A model generated the notes under the pieces. The model did no database searches, had not been told where the DNA came from, and worked only from the letters and a program-made list of their open reading frames with translations. DNA of 64,000 nucleotides. Source: an uncultured Pseudomonadales bacterium. Lineage in GTDB: Bacteria; Pseudomonadota; Gammaproteobacteria; Pseudomonadales; JAUIET01. Location: the NCBI GenBank assembly GCA_964352475.1, contig CAYGSL010000008.1:8191-72190 (forward strand), read 5' to 3'. Made by a program: the position numbers and the translations under genes. Positions 17,621 to 25,182 of the stretch are shown here, piece by piece; positions within the stretch are counted from its first letter, which is position 1, and the number at the start of each line of letters is the position of its first letter.

Positions 17621-18211
17621 ATGCGCAGATTACGCCACAGACAGCAAGAAGATGCTGAGCTCAATATAACCGCATTCATGAACCTGATGATCGTGCTGGT
17701 TCCCGTATTGCTGATGACCATGGTTTTCTCCCACATTACTGTGCTTGGGTTGACCCTGCCTGATGCTGCCAGTAGTCCGGATACGCCGGAAGAAGATCAA
17801 CACCTGGAATTAGTGGTTAGGGATACTGAATTGCAGGTGTACTACCCAAGAGGGTACTTGCTCAAACGCATAGAACAGATTGAAGTAGTTCCTGAAGAGG
17901 GCGAAGAGCTTATTCCTGTTGTGAACCCGGAAACAGGAGACCCTGAATTGCCAATGCAGCACGACTATGAACTGTTGGCCGATGTATTGCAGGAAGTGAA
18001 GCGTTTGTTAAAAGAAAAAGAAATCGACAAGCGTGATATCACTATTTTGTCGCAGGAAGATACTGACTACCAAACCATTGTCAGCTTGATGGACGCATCG
18101 CGCTCGTTCAAAGCGGTGGTGGCCGGATCTGTGGTGAATGCCGAATTGTTTCCGGAAGTGTCGTTGGGTGATGCGCCGGTACTTGCTGAGCAGGTGGTTG
18201 CCAGTCCATGA
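17621..18211 (+). CDS. exbD: ExbD/TolR-family protein, variant with Asn in place of the conserved TM Asp
   Basis: N-terminal basic stretch followed by a TM segment, ELNITAFMNLMIVLVPVLLM. Asn codon AAC lies at 17681..17683, where the family normally has Asp. The periplasmic domain is acidic. Confidence 0.85.
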   Translation: MRRLRHRQQEDAELNITAFMNLMIVLVPVLLMTMVFSHITVLGLTLPDAASSPDTPEEDQHLELVVRDTELQVYYPRGYLLKRIEQIEVVPEEGEELIPVVNPETGDPELPMQHDYELLADVLQEVKRLLKEKEIDKRDITILSQEDTDYQTIVSLMDASRSFKAVVAGSVVNAELFPEVSLGDAPVLAEQVVASP

Positions 18212-18765
18212 AAAACAACAGTCACAACAAACGAAGACAGCGGCACAAGGCGCGACTGAAGAAGAATTCAACACTGAATTTGACGGCTTTGATGGATATT
18301 TTCACGATTCTCGTGTTCTTTCTATTGGTTAATTCCTCTGATGTGGAAGTGCTTGAAGCCAACAAAGACATTAAATTGCCGGACTCTCTGGCGGAAGAGA
18401 AGCCCGAAGAAACCGTTGTTGTCATGGTGAACAACACAGATCTGATTGTTCAGGGCAAAAAAGTAGCCGACGTTGAGCTGGTGTTACAGTCGGAAGACGT
18501 GGAGATAGCCGCCCTTGCTGAAGAGCTTGCTTACCATGCGGCGAAACGCCCAGAGCTAACTGAAGAGGAACAGGAGAACGGGCGCTCGGTGACTGTGATG
18601 GGCGATAAGGATGTTCCTTACCAGCTTCTGAAGCGTGTAATGACCACTTGTGCAAAAGCGGATTTCAGAGATATCGCCTTAGCGGTTAACAAACTTGAAG
18701 TACCTGAACCCGACCCGGAAACGCTACAAACATTGCAAAGTCTGTCGGAGCTTGAGAGCGGATGA
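18208..18765 (+). CDS. exbD: ExbD/TolR-family protein with canonical TM Asp
   Basis: ATGA overlap with the upstream gene. TM segment LNLTALMDIFTILVFFLL, with Asp codon GAT at 18295..18297. Confidence 0.9.
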   Translation: MKNNSHNKRRQRHKARLKKNSTLNLTALMDIFTILVFFLLVNSSDVEVLEANKDIKLPDSLAEEKPEETVVVMVNNTDLIVQGKKVADVELVLQSEDVEIAALAEELAYHAAKRPELTEEEQENGRSVTVMGDKDVPYQLLKRVMTTCAKADFRDIALAVNKLEVPEPDPETLQTLQSLSELESG

Positions 18766-19706
18766 CAGCCATGATGACAACAGCCCCGGTGCTACAGCTG
18801 CCGTGGTCCATCGACGCGCAGGATGATCGAAAGTTTTTCCGCATACTGGCGATTTGTTTAGGCATTCTGTTTATTGTCGGCATTGTGTTGCCATTGATCA
18901 CACTGCCGGAAGTACCAAGGGAAGAGGAGGAGAAGTTACCTCCACAATTGGCTAAATTGGTGTTGGAGAAAAAGGAATTACCACCGCCGCCACCTCCACC
19001 TGAGGTAAAAAAACCGGAACCGGAAAAGCCTAAACCCAAGCCCAAGCCCAAGCCGAAACCGAAACCGAAGCCCAAGCCGAAACCGAAGCAGACGATCGAA
19101 GAAGCGCGCGACAAAGCGGCCACTTCAGGTATCTTGCAATTCAAAGACGACTTGATGGAAATGCGCGACAGCGTAGACAAAGACAAACTCGCCAATAACG
19201 CCTTGTCTCGTTCTCAAGGTGAAGCAAGAAAAGTGGAACGCTCAATAATTACAGGAAAAGCCGGTGAGACCAGCGGCGGCATCAATACTGCTGCTTTAAG
19301 CAGGGATACCGGTGGCGCTGCATTGTCCGGGCGGCAAACAACAGTCGTTGCCGGTGTGCCCGGTGGCGGTAAAGGCAGAGCGAATGCGGGTCGCGGCGGA
19401 TCAGACGGTGGTGTATCCGGTCGTAGCGATGAATCTGTGCGGAAAATATTTGACCGAAACAAGGGCGCTATTTTTGCGATCTACAATCGTGCTCTGCGAC
19501 AAGATCCGTCTCTGGAAGGTAAAGTTACTGTGCGTCTGGTTATTGAGCCGAGTGGCGCTGTATCCAGGGCAACCCTGGTTTCCAGCGAATTGAGTGATGC
19601 CGCGCTTGAGAGTAAATTGATTGCTCGAATCAAGCTGATTAATTTTGGGGCTGAAGATGTTGCTCGCACCACCGTCAACTATTCTTTCGACTTCCTGCCG
19701 TTTTAG
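18762..19706 (+). CDS. TonB-C-terminal-domain energy-transducer-like protein with Pro-rich and (PK)n spacer (GltG/PglI/AgmX-like)
   Basis: ATGA overlap with the upstream gene. TM anchor FFRILAICLGILFIVGIVLPLI. Spacer PPPPPPPEVKKPEPEKPKPKPKPKPKPKPKPKPKPK, then a Gly-rich segment. The C-terminus YNRALRQDPSLEGKVTVRLVIEPSGAVSRATLVSS...TVNYSFDFLPF is a typical TonB_C fold pattern. Confidence 0.8.
   Translation: MTAMMTTAPVLQLPWSIDAQDDRKFFRILAICLGILFIVGIVLPLITLPEVPREEEEKLPPQLAKLVLEKKELPPPPPPPEVKKPEPEKPKPKPKPKPKPKPKPKPKPKQTIEEARDKAATSGILQFKDDLMEMRDSVDKDKLANNALSRSQGEARKVERSIITGKAGETSGGINTAALSRDTGGAALSGRQTTVVAGVPGGGKGRANAGRGGSDGGVSGRSDESVRKIFDRNKGAIFAIYNRALRQDPSLEGKVTVRLVIEPSGAVSRATLVSSELSDAALESKLIARIKLINFGAEDVARTTVNYSFDFLPF
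19027..19089 (+). repeat. Imperfect tandem hexanucleotide repeat (CCN AAR)n encoding the (PK)n spacer
   Basis: aag cct aaa ccc aag ccc aag ccc aag ccg aaa ccg aaa ccg aag ccc aag ccg aaa ccg aag, read directly from the sequence. Confidence 0.8.
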
Positions 19707-19798
19707 GCCTATTCAAGCCACTCTTTAAGTATCCTTAAGTCTGTTTTGCCGGCTACTGTGGCAAAATGGGCTTTTGGTGTACTTATCTGGATAAACTT

Positions 19799-20284
19799 AT
19801 GAATTATTGCCCGCAATGCGCTAACCCTTTGCAAGAGGCGCTGATCGATGGCGGGGTTAAACCTTCCTGTCCCGATCTTGACTGTGGTTTCGTTCATTGG
19901 AACAACCCAACGCCAGTTGTAGCGATGATTGTGGAAGTACCCGGTGGTGTGGTGTTGGCACATAATGTGGGCTGGCAGCACCGCTTTTTCTCAGTGATTA
20001 CCGGTTTTCTGGAAGCAGGCGAATCGCCGGAGGTATGCGCGCAACGTGAGACAAAAGAAGAACTTGGTCTTGATACTATCAGCTGCAATCTGATCGGCGC
20101 CTACGGCTTCGATAAGCAGAATCAGGTAATTATCGCCTACCACATTGAAGCGGCAGGCGAGATAGAGCTGAATGAAGAATTGGACGAATACAAAATTGTG
20201 CCGGTGGATGAATTGAAAGGCTGGGACATGGGAACAGGCCTTGCGATCAACGATTGGGTGGCATCTCGCAGGGAAAAACAATAG
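19799..20284 (+). CDS. NUDIX hydrolase with N-terminal zinc-ribbon
   Basis: MNYCPQCANPL...CPDLDCGFVHW (four Cys). Nudix box GFLEAGESPEVCAQRETKEELGL. Confidence 0.85.
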   Translation: MNYCPQCANPLQEALIDGGVKPSCPDLDCGFVHWNNPTPVVAMIVEVPGGVVLAHNVGWQHRFFSVITGFLEAGESPEVCAQRETKEELGLDTISCNLIGAYGFDKQNQVIIAYHIEAAGEIELNEELDEYKIVPVDELKGWDMGTGLAINDWVASRREKQ

Positions 20285-20955
20285 TGACGGAGAAGCCGAT
20301 CAATCCACTGGATGTGGAAGAGTTGATGCCACCGCCAAATGATCTTTGGGCAGCAAGACGTGAATTGGCTGAAGAGTTTAGATCTTTGGCTGAATTGATG
20401 ATGACCAGTTCACCCGCGCCTGAAGATCTGCGGGCAATCAGTCAGTATTTGCGTGAGCAGCGCACTGTGTTTGAGCGAAGCCCGCGAACCTTCGGCCGTA
20501 TGGAATTTTATCGGCAGGAAAATCAGTCACCTTTTGTACACATTGAGATGAATCCATTGTGCGGAAATAGCAACCCTATTGCGCCTCCGCTAAACTCCTG
20601 GTTGAAAGATGGCGAAGCCTTCGGTCGAGCTAATTTGGGCTGGCAGTATGAGGGGCCGCCGGGCAGTGTGCACGGTGGTTTTGTTGCCGCTGTATTTGAC
20701 GACTTTCTGGGAATGGCGCAACGCTTGACTGACCAGCCAGGTATGACCGGTACCTTGACGGTACGTTATCGCAAGCCCACACCGCTAAACACCGATCTGG
20801 AGTTACACGGTTACGTTAAAAGCAGCGAAGGCCGAAAAAATGTATTGGTTGGCACCATGCATGCCAATGGAGTTTTGACCGCGGAATGCGAAGGTCTGTT
20901 TATCGGTTTTCCGAAAGAGGCTATGCGTCAATACATTGAGCAACAACCTCGGTAG
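20254..20955 (+). CDS. PaaI/4HBT-type hotdog-fold thioesterase (start uncertain: 20254, GTG 20284 or ATG 20326)
   Basis: Motif GPPGSVHGGFVAAVFDDFLGMA, followed by a typical hotdog C-terminal beta-sheet region. Confidence 0.7.
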   Translation: MGGISQGKTIVTEKPINPLDVEELMPPPNDLWAARRELAEEFRSLAELMMTSSPAPEDLRAISQYLREQRTVFERSPRTFGRMEFYRQENQSPFVHIEMNPLCGNSNPIAPPLNSWLKDGEAFGRANLGWQYEGPPGSVHGGFVAAVFDDFLGMAQRLTDQPGMTGTLTVRYRKPTPLNTDLELHGYVKSSEGRKNVLVGTMHANGVLTAECEGLFIGFPKEAMRQYIEQQPR

Positions 20956-20966
20956 CAGCGTTCGCG

Positions 20967-21671
20967 CTACAGCTGGTCAAACACGTATTCGCTCATGGCA
21001 GATACGTCGATGGTTTCCAGATCCAGAAATTTGGATACGGTAGTCATCATCCTTTCCATATTCGCTTTAAATTTCGCCTGGTCACCCACCGCATCATAAA
21101 AAACTTCGGGGTTACTCATGGCGCCGGCAGGAAAGCCTTCTTCCACAATAGCCGTCCAGGGTGGCGCATCTCCGGTTAAGGGCCTGACGATTTCATTGCG
21201 AATGTATTGAAACGTCGACTGAGTTTCTATGGCGCAGGCCATGTGTTCGTTGTGCCAGATACTAAGGAATTCGTCGTAGGCTAAATCATCACGCGCTTTG
21301 ACGCAGGTGACTTGTGAGAACCCCGAGGTTCGTTCACCCATTTGTGGAGCATGCAGTGTATTAATTATTGGTGTTGACTCAATGACGAGGAATGACAATA
21401 AAGACGCACTGCATTGTTGGAGTATGTCCTCCACGGGTGTGCGTGCTTGAGCCATATCAACCCAGTAAGAGACCATGGCCGCTTTGGGTAGCTCGGTCAC
21501 GGTCATTGCCAGGGCGTCACCTGCCGCGGTATCTGAATCTCGCACACAAATCTTCAGACCACGAATATTCTGCTTTTGCAGCTGCTCGGCCACTGGCCCG
21601 AGCAAGTTGTCTGCAAACTGTTGAACCGAGACATCGTCAGGTCTCCAAAGCAAGGTTACGATCTTTTCCAT
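20967..21671 (-). CDS. Conserved hypothetical protein (possibly tandem EthD-like alpha+beta-barrel halves; not verifiable here)
   Basis: 234-aa ORF with protein-like composition. It is divergent from the ACAD operon. No diagnostic motif was recognised. Confidence 0.5.
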   Translation of the reverse strand: MEKIVTLLWRPDDVSVQQFADNLLGPVAEQLQKQNIRGLKICVRDSDTAAGDALAMTVTELPKAAMVSYWVDMAQARTPVEDILQQCSASLLSFLVIESTPIINTLHAPQMGERTSGFSQVTCVKARDDLAYDEFLSIWHNEHMACAIETQSTFQYIRNEIVRPLTGDAPPWTAIVEEGFPAGAMSNPEVFYDAVGDQAKFKANMERMMTTVSKFLDLETIDVSAMSEYVFDQL

Positions 21672-21853
21672 TGTTGCTAACTCAGCCAGGGATTGCAGCC
21701 GATATGATACCGCCTAAGCCGGCAAAACATCTGCTCATTGTTAGCGTTTGTGCCTTTAAAGATTGGTCATATAGTCTCTCCGGTCACGCCGGGGTAGTGC
21801 GAAAAGTGCTATCGTAACCGCGTTTTGGCAGCATGTATTAGCAGGAGTCATGT

Positions 21854-22969
21854 TTGAATTTCGAATTTTCTGACGATCAAAAGATGATTCAGGATCAGGC
21901 CCGCAGTTTTCTTGCGGAGCACTCACCCTTGTCGCGCGTTCGTGAGGTTTTAGAGCGCGATTCGCTGGCTGACAACAGCTACGACCAGGATTTGTGGGTA
22001 GGTCTGCTTGAATTGGGATGGGCTGGTGTGGCGATACCTGAAAGTTACGGGGGGCTGGGCTTGGGTTATCTGGAATTGTGTGTGATTGCAGAAGAATTGG
22101 GACGGTCACTCGCTGCAGTACCTTTTTCCAGTAGCGTGTATCTGGCGGCCGAAGCAATTATGCTAGCGGGTACCAATGACCAGAAGCAAGAGTGGTTGCC
22201 CAAAATAGCCAGCGGTGAAGTGATCGCCAGCGTTGCTTTTGCTGAGAATAATGCTGGCGTAGCACTGTCTTCGCCTACTGTATCAGCGAGCTCAACCGGA
22301 TTACTAAATGGCAGCAAGTTACCGGTGTGTGATGGCTGCGTTGCCGACTTGCTGGTGGTGTCCGCGGTTGATGACTACGGTAAGGCAGCTTGGTACCTGA
22401 TCACCGCAGACGCCAACGGGCTGACAAAAAAATCAGTAAACTGCATTGACCCAAGCCGCTCCATGGCCAGCCTAACGTTTAATAACTCACCTGCAGAACC
22501 CATGAGCTCAGCGCGGAAAGCAGACGGCTTGCACGCCGGGCTTTTAGACCGTGCAGCGGTACTGTTTGCCTTTGAACAAGTTGGAGGCGCCCAGGCCTGC
22601 CTTGACATGGCGCGGGAATACACAACACAGCGTTATGCCTTTGGCCGACCTATAGGCTCGTTTCAAGCCTTGAAACACAAAATGGCCGACATGTTCGTCG
22701 CAATTGAACTGGCCCGTTCCAACGCTTACTACGGTGCGTGGGCTTTGTCATCAGGTGCGGAAAACTTGACCGAAGCGGCCGCAGTGGCACGCCTATCGGC
22801 AACTGATGCGTATTACGAATGCAGTAAAGAAAACATGCAGGCACATGGCGGCATGGGTTATACCTGGGAACTGGATTGTCATCTCTATTACCGACGTGCC
22901 CAGTACCTGGCCTCTTTGCTGGGGAGTCAGGCGTATTGGAAGGATCGGCTGATTGAGGAGGTGGCGTAA
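21854..22969 (+). CDS. Acyl-CoA dehydrogenase family protein, probable non-catalytic partner subunit
   Basis: TTG start with RBS GCAGGAG 6 nt upstream. ACAD motifs GWAGVAIPESYGGLG and HGGMGYTWE. The C-terminus (LLGSQAYWKDRLIEEVA) lacks the GG[ST]xE catalytic-base motif. Confidence 0.8.
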   Translation: MNFEFSDDQKMIQDQARSFLAEHSPLSRVREVLERDSLADNSYDQDLWVGLLELGWAGVAIPESYGGLGLGYLELCVIAEELGRSLAAVPFSSSVYLAAEAIMLAGTNDQKQEWLPKIASGEVIASVAFAENNAGVALSSPTVSASSTGLLNGSKLPVCDGCVADLLVVSAVDDYGKAAWYLITADANGLTKKSVNCIDPSRSMASLTFNNSPAEPMSSARKADGLHAGLLDRAAVLFAFEQVGGAQACLDMAREYTTQRYAFGRPIGSFQALKHKMADMFVAIELARSNAYYGAWALSSGAENLTEAAAVARLSATDAYYECSKENMQAHGGMGYTWELDCHLYYRRAQYLASLLGSQAYWKDRLIEEVA

Positions 22970-24201
22970 TGGATTTTAACGACAGCCCGCAACAAGCGGA
23001 GTTTCGTCAGAAAGTCATAGCCTGGCTTGAGCAGAACGTAGACAAACAAAACACTCTAAGCAACGGTGGGATGGAGTCGGAACAGGCCTTAAGCGAGGCT
23101 AGGGAATGGCAGCGCAAAATTTTTGATGCCGGCTGGGCTTGCCAGACCTGGCCTGAAGAATATGGCGGCCGGGGTGCAAGCTCGATCGAGCAGGTAATTT
23201 GGTCGCAGGAAGTCAGCAAATACCCAACCCGTGAAGGCTTTTTTGCAATAGGCATCGGTAACTGTGGCCCGGCAGTTATGCTGTACGGCAGCGAAACCCA
23301 GAAGCAGCAGCTACTGCCTAGAATGGCCAGAGCTGACGATATCTGGTGTCAAATGTTCAGCGAACCGGGCGCCGGTTCAGACGTTGCCGGGCTTAAGACC
23401 AGAGCGGAGAAAAAAGGCGAAAAGTGGATTGTGAACGGCCAGAAAATATGGACTTCGCAAGCTCAGTATGCGGACTACGGGGTGCTTCTGACGCGTACCG
23501 ACCCAAGTCTTGCCAAACACAAAGGGCTGACCATGTTCTTCGTAGACATGAAACAACCTGGTGTGGAAGTACGACCGATCAAGCAAGCCGACGGTGGCCA
23601 GGCTTTTAATGAAGTGTTTTTTACCGATGTAGAAATACCGGACGAACAACGCCTTGGTGACGTCAACGGAGGTTGGGGGGTAGCGCTTACCGTTCTGATG
23701 AATGAGCGCTTGGCCATTGCCGGGGTGGCACCGAATGGCTGGCCTGAGTATTGGGATATGATTCGCAAGCTGCAACTGAATGGCAAACCCGCATTGCAAG
23801 ACGATGAAGTACGCCGTAAAACAGCCGAGTGGTACGTCACGAATGCGGGGCTGAAAAATGCCCAGGCGCGCATGCTGTCGGCTGTCGCCAAAGGCGGTGT
23901 ACCGGGTGCTGAAGCGTCGCTGGGGAAATTGGTCGGTGCGCCAATGTGTCAGGATATCAGCCGCTACGCGCTGGATTTGTTTGCGCAATCCGGAGCCTGC
24001 ACTGAGGAAGAACTGACCTTGATGAACGCACAGTTTCAGAAAGCGTATTTATACGCACCGGGATTACGGGTTGCCGGTGGTACTGATGAAGTGATGCGTA
24101 ATATTATTGCAGAACAGGTATTGGGGCTGCCACCGGATGTGCGAGTTGACAAAGGTGTGCCATTCAATGAAATTCAAGCTGGTAACCAGGGGACGAAATG
24201 A
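22969..24201 (+). CDS. Acyl-CoA dehydrogenase, catalytic-type subunit
   Basis: TAATG coupling and RBS GAGGAGG. Motifs [33 protein letters not shown] and C-terminal [20 protein letters not shown]. Confidence 0.85.
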   Translation: MDFNDSPQQAEFRQKVIAWLEQNVDKQNTLSNGGMESEQALSEAREWQRKIFDAGWACQTWPEEYGGRGASSIEQVIWSQEVSKYPTREGFFAIGIGNCGPAVMLYGSETQKQQLLPRMARADDIWCQMFSEPGAGSDVAGLKTRAEKKGEKWIVNGQKIWTSQAQYADYGVLLTRTDPSLAKHKGLTMFFVDMKQPGVEVRPIKQADGGQAFNEVFFTDVEIPDEQRLGDVNGGWGVALTVLMNERLAIAGVAPNGWPEYWDMIRKLQLNGKPALQDDEVRRKTAEWYVTNAGLKNAQARMLSAVAKGGVPGAEASLGKLVGAPMCQDISRYALDLFAQSGACTEEELTLMNAQFQKAYLYAPGLRVAGGTDEVMRNIIAEQVLGLPPDVRVDKGVPFNEIQAGNQGTK

Positions 24202-24374
24202 GTCAGGAGTTTAAGAAGTACGAGTGTGTGATCTGCGGATACATCTATGATGAAGCGGAAGGCTGGCCGGATGATGGCATAGCACCGGGCACCAAGTGGG
24301 AAGATGTACCGGAAGACTGGGAATGCCCGGATTGCGGTATCAGCAAATTTGACTTCGACTTGATGGAGTCGTGA
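24198..24374 (+). CDS. Rubredoxin (58 aa), not in the supplied ORF track (below its length cutoff)
   Basis: Own translation: [58 protein letters not shown]. Classic CxxCG...CPxCG pairs. The start overlaps the ACAD stop (ATGA). The stop overlaps GTG 24371 of the SDR gene (GTGA). Confidence 0.9.
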   Translation: MSQEFKKYECVICGYIYDEAEGWPDDGIAPGTKWEDVPEDWECPDCGISKFDFDLMES

Positions 24375-25126
24375 ACATGCAACGATTTGCGGGTAAAACG
24401 GTTCTTGTCAGTGGGGCTGCGTCGGGTATTGGTGAAGCCACTGCAAATAGAATTGGCGAAGAGGGAGGCAGCTTGTTTCTGCTGGATATGCAGGAAGAAG
24501 CGCTAGCGTCAGTAGCTGCGGGATTAAAAGATCGAGGCGTTCAAGTTGCTTACACTGTTTGCGATGTTTCTGATGAGCAGGATGTGAACCGCGCTATGTC
24601 AGCGTGTATCGATCAGTACGGCAAACTTGACGTGCTATGCAATATCGCCGGCATTCTGCGTTTTGATAATTTTCATGAGCTCAGCTTTGATGCCTGGAAG
24701 AAAATTATTGATGTGAACCTCAGTGGTGTTTTTCTGATGTGTCGTGCGGGCATACCGCATTTGCTGGCCAGTGGTGGCAATATTGTCAACGCCGCATCTA
24801 CCGCCGGCATTACAGGTCTTGCCTACGGCGTGCCGTATTCAGCGTCCAAAGGTGGGGTTGCCGCCATGACTCGCTCTATTGCAGTGGAGTATGCCAAGCA
24901 GGGCATTCGGGCGAATTGTGTGTCGCCAGCCGATATTAAGTCGGGTATGACCGCGGCACCTAAATTTCCTGAGGGTGCAGACATGAGCTTGCTGATGCGC
25001 TCAAGCTCACTTTCCGGTGTACAAGGCCCGGAAGTTATTGCGAATGTGATTGCTTTGTTAGGATCGGAAGACGGTTCCCATATCAACGGTGAGAATATAC
25101 GGGTAGATGGCGCTGCATTGTCATAG
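24371..25126 (+). CDS. Short-chain dehydrogenase/reductase (SDR)
   Basis: [14 protein letters not shown] Rossmann motif, NAAS, and [13 protein letters not shown] (YxxxK). The start is either GTG 24371 or ATG 24377. Confidence 0.9.
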   Translation: MNMQRFAGKTVLVSGAASGIGEATANRIGEEGGSLFLLDMQEEALASVAAGLKDRGVQVAYTVCDVSDEQDVNRAMSACIDQYGKLDVLCNIAGILRFDNFHELSFDAWKKIIDVNLSGVFLMCRAGIPHLLASGGNIVNAASTAGITGLAYGVPYSASKGGVAAMTRSIAVEYAKQGIRANCVSPADIKSGMTAAPKFPEGADMSLLMRSSSLSGVQGPEVIANVIALLGSEDGSHINGENIRVDGAALS

Positions 25127-25182
25127 TGGCGCTGTCTTGTCATAAGCATAAGCAGGTCGCCATTTAGCCCGGTAAGCTGCAA

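Noticed and set aside
18686-19195. 169-aa antisense ORF opposite the TonB-like gene
   Set aside because: It is an artefact of the (PK)n/poly-Pro repeat read on the other strand (GFGLGFGFGFGLGLGLG..GGGGGGG). It has no independent coding signal.
9305-19706. Reading the cluster as an ordinary ExbB-ExbD-TonB nutrient-uptake system or a Vibrio-type TonB2/Ttp system
   Set aside because: There is no TonB-dependent receptor, siderophore or heme gene in or near the cluster. There is no DUF3450/TtpB-like or long TtpC-like MotA protein. Instead there are three large TPR proteins, small OM barrels and SH3 proteins in one coupled operon. This alternative cannot be fully excluded without HMM searches.
23377-23988. 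203-aa antisense ORF inside the ACAD gene. Similar long antisense ORFs lie at 28023..28601, 33714..34370, 59209..59850 and 62602..63288
   Set aside because: Each lies entirely within a sense gene that has strong family motifs. Their translations are Arg/Ser/Cys-rich with no motifs. These are typical shadow ORFs.
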